From positions 32,001-96,000 of the IMG/VR virus record IMGVR_UViG_3300044846_005309: 64,000 nt of DNA. The stretch is one strand, 5' to 3'. Positions within the stretch are counted from its first letter, which is position 1. Each line of letters starts with the position of its first letter. Both the position numbers and the translations under genes were made by a program. Under the pieces are notes generated by a model. It searched no databases, had not been told where the DNA came from, and was given only the letters and a program-made list of their open reading frames with translations. Positions 56,052 through 64,000 of the stretch are shown here, one piece after another. This stretch comes from a virus.

Positions 56052-56126
56052 GCTCCCGTCGTTCAACGGATAGGACAACCGCCTTCTAAGCAGTTTATGG
56101 GGGTTCGATTCCCTCCGGGAGTGCCA
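56052..56126 (+). tRNA. tRNA-Arg(TCT)
   Basis: CTTCTAA loop, GGATA D-loop (A20). Confidence 0.88.
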
Positions 56127-56134
56127 TTTTTATC

Positions 56135-56177
56135 TTGACTTTTGGTACAAAAGTACCATTATATATTTTGTTCTTTT
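56135..56177 (+). promoter_or_regulatory. tRNA-array promoter 3 plus boxA-like element
   Basis: TTGACT-N16-CATTAT (GTAC before the -10) then TGTTCTTTT. Confidence 0.7.
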
Positions 56178-56183
56178 ATTGAC

Positions 56184-56259
56184 GGGCCTGTAGCACAATT
56201 GGCGGTGCGCCTCCTTTGCAAGGAGAGGGTTAGGGGTTCAAATCCCCTCTGGTCCACCA
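56184..56259 (+). tRNA. tRNA-Ala(TGC)
   Basis: G3:U70, TTTGCAA loop. Confidence 0.9.
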
Positions 56260-56341
56260 TTTTCGTACGAAAAAGCCACCAGTCTAATTAACTGTCCTAC
56301 CAGCCGTGGCAATTCTCTATGGTAGGGAAGAGACCATTTTC

Positions 56342-56417
56342 GCCTCTATAGCTCAACGGTTAGAGCTGCTGCCTTTTAAGCAGTAGGTTCAGAGTTCAAA
56401 TCTCTGTGGAGGCACCA
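56342..56417 (+). tRNA. tRNA-Lys(TTT)
   Basis: GCTGC-CTTTTAA-GCAGT. Confidence 0.92.
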
Positions 56418-56438
56418 ATTTTCGTTCTTTAATATTTT

Positions 56439-56842
56439 GGGCGTGTTCTGGATTCTACTTAATAGTGGACTTATTAGAAGCAAGCAAGGTTGTTAGACCT
56501 TATAAAACTAGCAAAAAACATAAATGGCATTGTAAATAGCCTTAAGGGTGCTTTTGCTGCTCCGGTTGCTGCTCTCGCAGCATTCTTCAGCACAGAAGAA
56601 CTCCAATTCGCAGCCTAAGAATTGCGATCGTTATAGTATAGATTCTCGCTATATATTATAACGTTGACTAGCGAGGATGTTGTTTGAGGTACTTGGAATA
56701 AATAAAACAACATTAAAGCTGTTCCTAAAGTACTATACATTGCGTATTAACAGTGTTAAGTACTTATATATTAATACTAAGCTTGTAGAAACTAGTCGGA
56801 AAAGTATTAGGCACGCGGGTTCGACTCCCGCCACGTCCACCA
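56439..56842 (+). ncRNA. ssrA: tmRNA
   Basis: GGGCGTG...GGATTCTAC 5' end; 3' GCGGGTTCGACTCCCGC-CACGTCC-ACCA with G3:U70; tag ORF ending FAA*. Confidence 0.92.
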
Positions 56843-56852
56843 ATTTGTATAT

Positions 56853-56930
56853 AGGGTCATAGCTTAATTGGTTCAAAGCATCCGATTGATAATCGGAAGA
56901 GTCCTGGTTCAATTCCTGGTGGCCCTACCA
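56853..56930 (+). tRNA. tRNA-Ile(GAT)
   Basis: TCCGA-TTGATAA-TCGGA. Confidence 0.9.
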
Positions 56931-56931
56931 T

Positions 56932-57006
56932 AGGAGGGTGGATCGATAGGTAAGACAGGAGTTTCATAAGCTCTTTCATATGGGTTCAAATCCCATCCCT
57001 CCTACC
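56932..57006 (+). tRNA. tRNA-Met/Ile2(CAT), elongator-type, atypical D-arm
   Basis: AGGAGGG/CCCTCCT acceptor, TTCATAA loop. Confidence 0.8.
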
Positions 57007-57046
57007 AATTTAATTGCATTTTATTTAGTAACTATTAAGTTTAATT

Positions 57047-57574
57047 ATGAGTCTCAAAGAATTAACTAAAGCAAAGCATGAGACAGCTGAAAAGCTGCCT
57101 TTTATAAATAAAATTTTTCAGAAAAAAGTTACCCCAGAAGAGTACCTTAAATATCTTTATCAGATGCAGCCGGTTTACGAAGCTTTAGAAAATAAAGCTA
57201 AAGCTTTAGGTATTCTTAATGATCTTAAGGGTTTAGAGCGCGCATCTCGAATACAAGAAGATATTAACGAGCTACAAGAAACTACCTCTCTTAAGTACTA
57301 TATGCATTTTCCTGTGACAGATGAATATTTAAATTATTTAAAACAAATGTCAGACCCTAAAAAAGTCCTGGCTCATTTATATGTTAGACATATGGGAGAT
57401 CTTTATGGTGGTCAAATGCTTAGACTGTGTGTACCTGGTTCAGCCAAGTGGTACTGGTTTGATAACGCCCCAGAACTTATCTCTAAGTTGAGAGGCTTAA
57501 TTACAGTAGATCTTGCAGATGAAGCTAATGTAGCCTTTGATTATTCAATTAAAATAATTGAACAATTGTCTTGA
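57047..57574 (+). CDS. hemO: biliverdin-producing heme oxygenase (HemO/Ho1-like)
   Basis: LKELT...H..AE, Y.ALE, AHLYVRHMGDLYGGQ, EAN.AF. Confidence 0.9.
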   Translation: MSLKELTKAKHETAEKLPFINKIFQKKVTPEEYLKYLYQMQPVYEALENKAKALGILNDLKGLERASRIQEDINELQETTSLKYYMHFPVTDEYLNYLKQMSDPKKVLAHLYVRHMGDLYGGQMLRLCVPGSAKWYWFDNAPELISKLRGLITVDLADEANVAFDYSIKIIEQLS

Positions 57575-57614
57575 CTTTAAAGGGCCGGGTACCATAATAG
57601 TCTTTGTTCTTTTA
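57571..57614 (+). promoter_or_regulatory. tRNA-array promoter 4 plus boxA-like element
   Basis: TTGACT-N16-CATAAT (GTAC before the -10) then TGTTCTTTT. Confidence 0.7.
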
Positions 57615-57620
57615 AATAAC

Positions 57621-57697
57621 GCTCGCTTAGCTCAGTTGGTTAGAGCAGGATCTTTACATGGTCAAGGTCGTGGGTTCAAGTCCTACAGCGAGCACCA
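57621..57697 (+). tRNA. tRNA-Val(TAC)
   Basis: TTTACAT loop, ACCA. Confidence 0.9.
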
Positions 57698-57701
57698 TTT
57701 T

Positions 57702-57946
57702 CGAAACTCGACTAGGCGAGTATAAATAGAATTTAAGCCTAGTGCGGCTGCTGATACCGTCGACGCTACCAGCAGCATATCGTCTCGCGTCAGTGACAGT
57801 GCACAGTCATAAAGTGTTCCTAGTATAGCCGCTTTCATGGATATATTATACATGCTGATCATAGAAAGAGTGACAAAAACATATATGTATTTGCGAAGTA
57901 TATGTACAAATCACCGCCTATAGCAATAGGGCTAGCGAGACACCCC
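57702..57946 (+). ncRNA. unidentified ~245-nt multi-helix non-coding region between tRNA-Val and tRNA-fMet
   Basis: ACTAGGC/GCCTAGT, GCTGCTG/CAGCAGC, long-range GTCTCGC/GCGAGAC; no ORF in the track. Confidence 0.5.
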
Positions 57947-57952
57947 TTTTCT

Positions 57953-58028
57953 TGCAGAGTGGAGCAGTAGTAGCTCGACTGGCTCATAACCAGTAGGTCG
58001 ACGTGTGCAATTCCGTCCTCTGCATCCA
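57953..58028 (+). tRNA. tRNA-Met(CAT), initiator-like D-arm, aberrant T-arm
   Basis: GGAGCAG...GCTCG D-arm, CTCATAA loop; GTGCAATTC replaces GTTCRA. Confidence 0.7.
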
Positions 58029-58034
58029 ATTTAT

Positions 58035-58109
58035 GCCGCTATCTTCTAACGGTTAGGAAGGCGCCCTTTCACGGCGATAATCGGGGTTCGATTCCCCGTA
58101 GCGGTACCA
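58035..58109 (+). tRNA. tRNA-Glu(TTC)
   Basis: CGCC-CTTTCAC-GGCG. Confidence 0.9.
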
Positions 58110-58129
58110 ATTTCTAATAAACTTATTGA

Positions 58130-58945
58130 TCAAACCGGGTTAACTGGAAGTTCTGGGTTATCATATGATAACGGTTTCCATTCAGGGTAAACAAATATGT
58201 CCCCATGCCATGCAAAAGTATTGCGCCGGTCATTATAATATACGTTTGTAGCGTTACTTAATACTCCTACCCACCAACAATACGTACCTTCACTTAGTAC
58301 TAAATTGTTAAAATTTTTTCCAAAATTAAGGGTTTCAACAGGAACGTCTGACGTATAAAGTTTAAGCTTATATTTTTCTAAAAGAAATTGTACGTCAGGG
58401 TGTTGCAGGCTATCTGAAGTAATGTACCCGCCGTGACAACCACTTTGATAAAGCCTCTCTATAGCATCTACGTAGTACTGCAAAGGTAAACGCTGCCTTC
58501 TTTTAGCTACGTCCCCTAGACGAAAAATAACAAATATTTCATTATCGGGTCTTGGGATATAAGTTAAATTAAACATATCTTTTATTTGATTTTTATACGG
58601 TAAAACAAAATCTTTTAATTGAAAATAATCTTGAAAATGATATTGAGCGTCCGTTACATAGGCTCTATTCAACAATTCAACAAAATTTAAATCATGTATA
58701 GGGATATAAGGTAATTCAAATTTACGCGTAGTTTCTAGAGGGCTAGATTTTACAGATGACCATGCTTCGTTGAACCCGGTAGTTATTGGCTGCGGCTTAT
58801 CCGGACTTAAAGGAAAGTGAGGCAACAAAGGATCTACGTTAAAATATAAATTATGTTTTTTAGCAAATACGTAAGCAGCGGTATACATTAACAAACAATT
58901 GCCTAAACGATTTCCCCATCCATATTCTATCGTTACCATATCCAT
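58130..58945 (-). CDS. GT11-like glycosyltransferase
   Basis: GNRLGN, DYFQ, FRLGD, ITSDS, LSEGTYCWW. Confidence 0.7.
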   Translation of the reverse strand: MDMVTIEYGWGNRLGNCLLMYTAAYVFAKKHNLYFNVDPLLPHFPLSPDKPQPITTGFNEAWSSVKSSPLETTRKFELPYIPIHDLNFVELLNRAYVTDAQYHFQDYFQLKDFVLPYKNQIKDMFNLTYIPRPDNEIFVIFRLGDVAKRRQRLPLQYYVDAIERLYQSGCHGGYITSDSLQHPDVQFLLEKYKLKLYTSDVPVETLNFGKNFNNLVLSEGTYCWWVGVLSNATNVYYNDRRNTFAWHGDIFVYPEWKPLSYDNPELPVNPV

Positions 58946-58995
58946 ATTGATACTGGTAAGTTGATAATTCCATAAAGTATTATAAATTTAATTGT

Positions 58996-59718
58996 ATGAA
59001 GAAACTAATCGCATTCATTACCTTGGCTGTATTTGCCAGTGTAGGTTTTGCTGCTCCTGCGCCTAGCGTAGTTAGCGGCGGAATCGACCTCGGCTTTAAA
59101 TCCAAGCTCATTGAACAGGGTAAAGTAACCGGCACCAATTATATTGTTGCTGGTGCAAACGTTGAAGTAGCAAGCTTTGGGCTTGGCGTTACAACTTATA
59201 ACGCTTATGAGGGTTCAACCGCAACTGGTATCAGTTCCGGACTCTTTAAGCGTGTAGATGTAGCAGCAACCTATAAGTTTACTTCTACTCTTGCTGACTT
59301 GCACCTTGGTGCTACCTATAGAAATGCTAGTAAGAACGCTAGTCTTGCTAATGTGCGCGACAACGTACTTCCGTCTGTCAAGCTCAGTGGTAAAGTGTTC
59401 GGGACATTTCCTTGGGACGTAACACTGCTCAATGACACTAAGAATCGTAGCAACAACTACGAAGGCAATATCAAGCTACCGCTTGGTACTAAGGCCTTTA
59501 AGGTTGTACCTGCTGTTGGAGTAGGTTTTAACGATCCGGGCACTGCCACTATTGCAGCGCTTAGAAGCGTTAAGAAGTACTACAATGGTGGTCTCGGTGT
59601 AGCGTATGTTATTGCCGGTGGTACCTTTAGCGTGAATGGATATGTCCAGCGCGTTAATCTTACCGATAATTACGGACAGGTAACTGGCTACGACGCAGGC
59701 TATAGCTTTAGATTCTAA
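58996..59718 (+). CDS. outer-membrane beta-barrel protein
   Basis: signal peptide, alternating amphipathic strands, C-terminal YSFRF BAM signal. Confidence 0.75.
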   Translation: MKKLIAFITLAVFASVGFAAPAPSVVSGGIDLGFKSKLIEQGKVTGTNYIVAGANVEVASFGLGVTTYNAYEGSTATGISSGLFKRVDVAATYKFTSTLADLHLGATYRNASKNASLANVRDNVLPSVKLSGKVFGTFPWDVTLLNDTKNRSNNYEGNIKLPLGTKAFKVVPAVGVGFNDPGTATIAALRSVKKYYNGGLGVAYVIAGGTFSVNGYVQRVNLTDNYGQVTGYDAGYSFRF

Positions 59719-59741
59719 AAGCTATTTTAGTGTAGTAATTG

Positions 59742-59768
59742 ACCCCTCGCGAAAGTGAGGGGTTTTTT
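59742..59768 (+). terminator. intrinsic terminator
   Basis: ACCCCTCGC-GAAA-GTGAGGGGT-TTTTT. Confidence 0.85.
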
Positions 59769-59967
59769 ATTCTTCGATATGAAACTGTAAAGCTCTATTA
59801 AGTTTTTGAGCAAACTTCTTTTTATCTATTCCCGCTTTTTCCTGTTTTCTGATCTCTTCTTTTAAAGCTTTTATAAAAGTTTCTGAAAGATTAAAATTTC
59901 TAGGATAGAACAGGCGTTGTTCTTTTTTTAACATACCATATTGCTCCATTAACTCTTGAAATTTCAT
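59767..59967 (-). CDS. small hypothetical protein
   Basis: MKFQELME N-terminus. Confidence 0.5.
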   Translation of the reverse strand: MKFQELMEQYGMLKKEQRLFYPRNFNLSETFIKALKEEIRKQEKAGIDKKKFAQKLNRALQFHIEE

Positions 59968-59993
59968 AAACGTATTATACAATACTTATCGTT

Positions 59994-60950
59994 ATGGTAG
60001 GCAATTACAACGAACATACTCACGCATTAAATTATAGGGACGTGTATCTAGTTCCTAATTTCAGTGAATTAAAGTCTCGAACTGAAGCTGATACATCTGT
60101 AAAGATAAGAGACTTTAAATTTACTCTACCCGTCATGCCTTCTAATATGAAGGCAGTGGTGGATTTTGAAACATATCACTTGTATGCCGATCTAGGTCTG
60201 GCGCCGATCATGCATCGTTTTGATATGCCTAACGTTGAAGTTCTTCGTCGTATTATTACGCCTTGGAGAGCTATTAGCGTGGGAGTTAAAGAAAGAGATA
60301 AGAAAGAACTAGAAGAATGTAAACATATTACAGAAGCTCCTGCTTGTATCTGTATTGATATTGCCCACGGACATTGCAAAGAAATGCTTAATATGATTAC
60401 GTTTGTACGAGACCTGTTCCCGGATGTTATAATTATAGCGGGTAATGTCACGACCCCTTTAGCTTGTAATGATCTTGCAGTCTGGGGTGCAGATATGGTT
60501 AAGGTTGGTATCGGGCCCGGTCAAGTATGCTCAACTAAGAATAAGACCGGGTTTCATGTACCAATGTTTACAGCAGTTAAGGAATGCGCTGCTATGTCCC
60601 CGGTACCCGTTATTGCCGATGGTGGATTTAGAGAGAACGGAGATATTGCAAAAGCATTAGTTGCCGGCGCAACTTTCTGTATGATCGGTGGAATGTTTGC
60701 GGGCTGCTCGGATTCTCCTGCTACAATTGTGAACGGTAAAAAAGAGTATTACGGCAGTGCTTCTGAAAGAAACAAGGGATCCGTTAGGAACATCGAGGGA
60801 TTCACTACGCATCTAACACCTACAGACACTATTACTAGTAAAGTTCGAGAAATCCGAGAAGACTTGCAATCCGCTATCAGTTATGCTGGTGGTAAAGATC
60901 TTTCTGCACTTGATCTTTCGAAAGTACAGTATAGAATAGTAAACAATTAA
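59994..60950 (+). CDS. guaC: GMP reductase (IMPDH/GMPR family, no CBS domain)
   Basis: PSNM, IDIAHGH, AGNV, KVGIGPG.VC.TK.KTGF, IADGG, YYGSAS, LQSAISYAGG. Confidence 0.85.
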   Translation: MVGNYNEHTHALNYRDVYLVPNFSELKSRTEADTSVKIRDFKFTLPVMPSNMKAVVDFETYHLYADLGLAPIMHRFDMPNVEVLRRIITPWRAISVGVKERDKKELEECKHITEAPACICIDIAHGHCKEMLNMITFVRDLFPDVIIIAGNVTTPLACNDLAVWGADMVKVGIGPGQVCSTKNKTGFHVPMFTAVKECAAMSPVPVIADGGFRENGDIAKALVAGATFCMIGGMFAGCSDSPATIVNGKKEYYGSASERNKGSVRNIEGFTTHLTPTDTITSKVREIREDLQSAISYAGGKDLSALDLSKVQYRIVNN

Positions 60951-60951
60951 T

Positions 60952-61440
60952 ATGTCAAAAGAAGAATACGTTCAACTCGAAGCGGTCCGTGAGGCCCTCG
61001 AAAAAGTAGTCAAAGATGAGAACGCTATCGAAAAAGTTCTCGATCTTTTGAGTGATGCTGCAGTACAGGTAGATGAAGCTAAACAAGCTGAAGAGCCTGA
61101 GGCTTCTGATACTAATGAAACCGAAGAATCCGACGAGCCTAAGATTAAGAAGCAATACGGTATTCTTGTTTCTGACAAGGATGGCGTTATTAATAAAGAC
61201 CTAGTAGGGTGGGTTTTCCAGATGCCTGAAAACGAAGATACTAGAGATGTAGTAGAGCTTATTAAGAAAGCTGCATATAATTATAATGCTTCGAAGAAAG
61301 GCCGTAAATACCCAGTAAGCACTATCGGTCAGTCAATCGAGGGAGTGGGTAATAAGTTTTTTAAGCCTTACAATGTAAGCCTTAAGACTAAGGAACCGGT
61401 GCTTGTAATTACTACGGATAACGTTTTGCCGCGTAGTTAA
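60952..61440 (+). CDS. hypothetical protein
   Basis: 162-aa ORF. Confidence 0.6.
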   Translation: MSKEEYVQLEAVREALEKVVKDENAIEKVLDLLSDAAVQVDEAKQAEEPEASDTNETEESDEPKIKKQYGILVSDKDGVINKDLVGWVFQMPENEDTRDVVELIKKAAYNYNASKKGRKYPVSTIGQSIEGVGNKFFKPYNVSLKTKEPVLVITTDNVLPRS

Positions 61441-61479
61441 AACTCTGTTAGAGTTTAAAATAGAAAACTGAGCTCAAGC

Positions 61480-63162
61480 TCAGTTTTCTTTTCGTAATTC
61501 TGCTTTATAATGAGCAAATCTATGGTGATTTATAGGAGATGCTAAAAGTACCGCGCTTTTAATTTTACCTTTTTTAGCCTCTTGATACATATGAGACATC
61601 CAAGTTTGCTCAAAAGGATGATCCCACTTAGTATCGAGAAACATTTTGGTATTACCCTGTCTTGTTACTAGTTGAGGCCAGTTACAATAGTATATCTCTC
61701 CGTCGGCATAGCTGAGCCCTTCAAGCGTATGTATATTGTTAAATTTAGTCAAAGGCGCATTAGGATCTAAACCAGACTCTGGTAATTTTGGTTTTTCGGG
61801 CCAAAATTGCTCTCTAATTTTTTGCGGAACATTATACCATGTCCATTGAGTTTTGTTGTCGCCGAAAAACTCGGTAAAGCTAAGTTTTAAAAAGTCATAT
61901 TTTTGCTTTGCGACAATTTTGTGTATTTTATCGTAAAGATTAGGACAATACCTTGTAAAGCCGGATGCGCACAATTCTTTATTTTCCTCCTTTAAGAGCA
62001 TATCATCTTCTAGAAATATATAAAAATCATGATTAGACTGATCAAAATGTTCTGCTATAAATTGACGGCCACCGCAAATACCTAAATTGTCCTTTTTAAT
62101 ATGTGTAAAATTATACTTTTTACAGAGTTCAGCATACTTAGGAGTAGTCTCAAGGTCAGTACTATTATCCAATAAATAGTTGACTGTGTCAGTTATAAAC
62201 CTAGGCTGCTTTAAATATGATTGTACTAATGTATCAAACTGATCAGGAGAATTAAAAGTAATCACATATAAAGCAGTAGTAGTATTGGTAAGATCTAAAG
62301 GAATGTTTGTAGCTTTAGGGGTTTCAAGAAATACTTTATCATTTTTTAATTGCTCTGCAAAATACCCTATTAACCCATTGTCTTCAATCATAAACCTACG
62401 ATATAATTCAGGTTCAAGATGAGACATAATAGTAAAAATACTCTCTTCAGTACCCATGTAACCTTCTTGAAGAGAATTAGCTAACAAATGATAATACATA
62501 TTGTTAGCTTTTTTTATAGCATCAATATGACCACCAAATAAACCGCCTCTACACACATAAGAAACATAATCCACTTGAGCATATTTGTTCATTCCGTTTC
62601 TATCAAAGCCATGTATTTCGGTGTTACCTACATACGGAAATGAAAGAAAGAAAAAATCTTTTAAAAATGGAGTAATTTTGTTTAAAATTTTATCATGTGT
62701 AAAATAACCCGGATGCACTGTGTTTGTAATACCTCCATCAAGCCAAATAAAATATTCTGAATTGAAAGGATTAAAACAAGTCTGATCATGCAGCATAAAC
62801 ATCTTAGACATAACCATAGGGTTATAATATTCTAAGGTAGCCTGTGTACTATTACGCAGCCATTCGGCCTGAGACAGCCACTTTTCGCTTTTTCTTATAT
62901 TTTGTATCTTATCGTAAAAATCAAACTTAGTTTTAAACTCTTCTACTTCTTTTATATAGACACGGGTATTTTCTGGTTTGCGATTTTGCCAAACAATATT
63001 TTCATACTGTTTTTCGATATAAATTGACATATTAACATCGATCTGTAATAACTTTATAAAATTGTCAATATAATGCTGAAAGGGTCTTTTAAATCCTTCC
63101 CCAGCATCATGCCTCTTAAGATCCCAAATACCTGTTACAACTGTTAAATTATTCTTGGTCAT
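61480..63162 (-). CDS. HtrL/WlaTC-like plus GT2 two-domain glycosyltransferase
   Basis: TVVTGIWD, SKMFML, WLDGG, GGLFGG, TEE; second domain with DNS, FLEDD. Confidence 0.7.
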   Translation of the reverse strand: MTKNNLTVVTGIWDLKRHDAGEGFKRPFQHYIDNFIKLLQIDVNMSIYIEKQYENIVWQNRKPENTRVYIKEVEEFKTKFDFYDKIQNIRKSEKWLSQAEWLRNSTQATLEYYNPMVMSKMFMLHDQTCFNPFNSEYFIWLDGGITNTVHPGYFTHDKILNKITPFLKDFFFLSFPYVGNTEIHGFDRNGMNKYAQVDYVSYVCRGGLFGGHIDAIKKANNMYYHLLANSLQEGYMGTEESIFTIMSHLEPELYRRFMIEDNGLIGYFAEQLKNDKVFLETPKATNIPLDLTNTTTALYVITFNSPDQFDTLVQSYLKQPRFITDTVNYLLDNSTDLETTPKYAELCKKYNFTHIKKDNLGICGGRQFIAEHFDQSNHDFYIFLEDDMLLKEENKELCASGFTRYCPNLYDKIHKIVAKQKYDFLKLSFTEFFGDNKTQWTWYNVPQKIREQFWPEKPKLPESGLDPNAPLTKFNNIHTLEGLSYADGEIYYCNWPQLVTRQGNTKMFLDTKWDHPFEQTWMSHMYQEAKKGKIKSAVLLASPINHHRFAHYKAELRKEN

Positions 63163-64000
63163 GTATATGTTTTAAAATTTTGTAAAAACTATTAGCATCT
63201 TCAGTTAAATAACTAGTTATCTCCCCTGGAGAATAAAACCACCACATATCGAATTTATGTAAATCGTACTTTTCAGGAAATACTGAATATAAACAATTAA
63301 ATAAGTGCTCTTCAAAACAATGTATTTTATTGTCTATAGTTCCTTTTAGTAATTTTTCGTATAGAAAAAAGTTTTCTAAAACATCTTCCTTATAACCGCC
63401 AAATAATCCCGCTACAAGATGGTCTACAATATGAGATTTTTTATTAAATATTTTTTCAGTCAAACTTGCAAGTGCAGAATTGTCTCCTTGTGCGAGTAAA
63501 GAGCAGTAAAACAATTTACCCTTTTGTACCATTTTAGGCAAATTACGGCCTAGTTTAGGATTAAAAATATTGTTGCTATTAAGTGGGTAATAACGTTCTT
63601 TTGGATGGGTTCTTAAAAGTTCTACCCCGCCTACCTTTTCAGGTATTATACCATGATGAGTAAGCCCTGCGTCTATCCACATATATATGTCGTCGTTAGT
63701 TAAATTTTTTTCTATAGCGTCTTTTAACCAATACATTTTATTGAAACATAAAATTTCATTACGATCGTTAGGTATAGTTTTATAAAATGTTTTTTTCCAA
63801 TTTATGTACTGTTCAAAATGTATGAATTGTTCTAATTCGTACTCGAACACAAATAAATTTTTAAAATACGGGGTTAAGAGCGTTCTATAATTTTCAACAT
63901 TTTCTTTTTTACAATATAAAATTAAACTATGCCCTAAATTACCTATATTAATAAGAGAGGGTAAGAAAAACTCTATATCGCGACCGCGGCCGCCTATTAC
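63149..64000 (-). CDS. HtrL/WlaTC-like glycosyltransferase, 5'-truncated by the window edge
   Basis: frame is open to base 64000; NKMYWL, WIDAGL, GLFGG, EE. Confidence 0.65.
   Translation of the reverse strand, partial: VIGGRGRDIEFFLPSLINIGNLGHSLILYCKKENVENYRTLLTPYFKNLFVFEYELEQFIHFEQYINWKKTFYKTIPNDRNEILCFNKMYWLKDAIEKNLTNDDIYMWIDAGLTHHGIIPEKVGGVELLRTHPKERYYPLNSNNIFNPKLGRNLPKMVQKGKLFYCSLLAQGDNSALASLTEKIFNKKSHIVDHLVAGLFGGYKEDVLENFFLYEKLLKGTIDNKIHCFEEHLFNCLYSVFPEKYDLHKFDMWWFYSPGEITSYLTEDANSFYKILKHIHDQE

Noticed and set aside
1-64000. Stop-codon reassignment
   Set aside because: Core genes are intact in code 11; TAG and TGA both end genes; no suppressor tRNA seen.

Overview
This is a 64-kb, AT-rich segment of a large T4-like (Tevenvirus/Kyanoviridae-grade) myophage genome using the standard genetic code. 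It carries the T4 core replication, recombination and late-transcription genes (gp43, gp41, gp61, gp32, gp45, gp62, gp46/47, gp55, UvsX/Y/W, RNase H, gp4, gp15) plus ThyX and GroES. It encodes a dispersed but essentially complete 7-deazaguanine DNA-modification pathway: FolE, QueD, QueE, QueC, QueF, a TGT-fold DpdA-like protein, a PurN-like DpdN formyltransferase, a stand-alone class II glutamine amidotransferase, DUF366 and two NMP-kinase-like proteins. It also has large glycosylation islands, including a ColD/ColC-like deoxysugar pair, GT10/GT11 enzymes and a carbamoyltransferase. A ~9-kb array holds 23 tRNAs, a tmRNA and several unexplained structured RNAs, interleaved with pcyX/hemO, Ig-domain and PEP-CTERM genes that point to a Verrucomicrobiota/Opitutae-like host (inference). 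The most striking element is the head of the tRNA array. A promoter is followed by an unannotated 28-codon leader ORF that contains all 20 amino acids, and its stop codon sits inside an 11-bp antiterminator that competes with an intrinsic terminator. This is a candidate universal tRNA-depletion-sensing attenuator controlling the phage tRNA array. All functional calls come from motif recognition by eye; no database searches were run.
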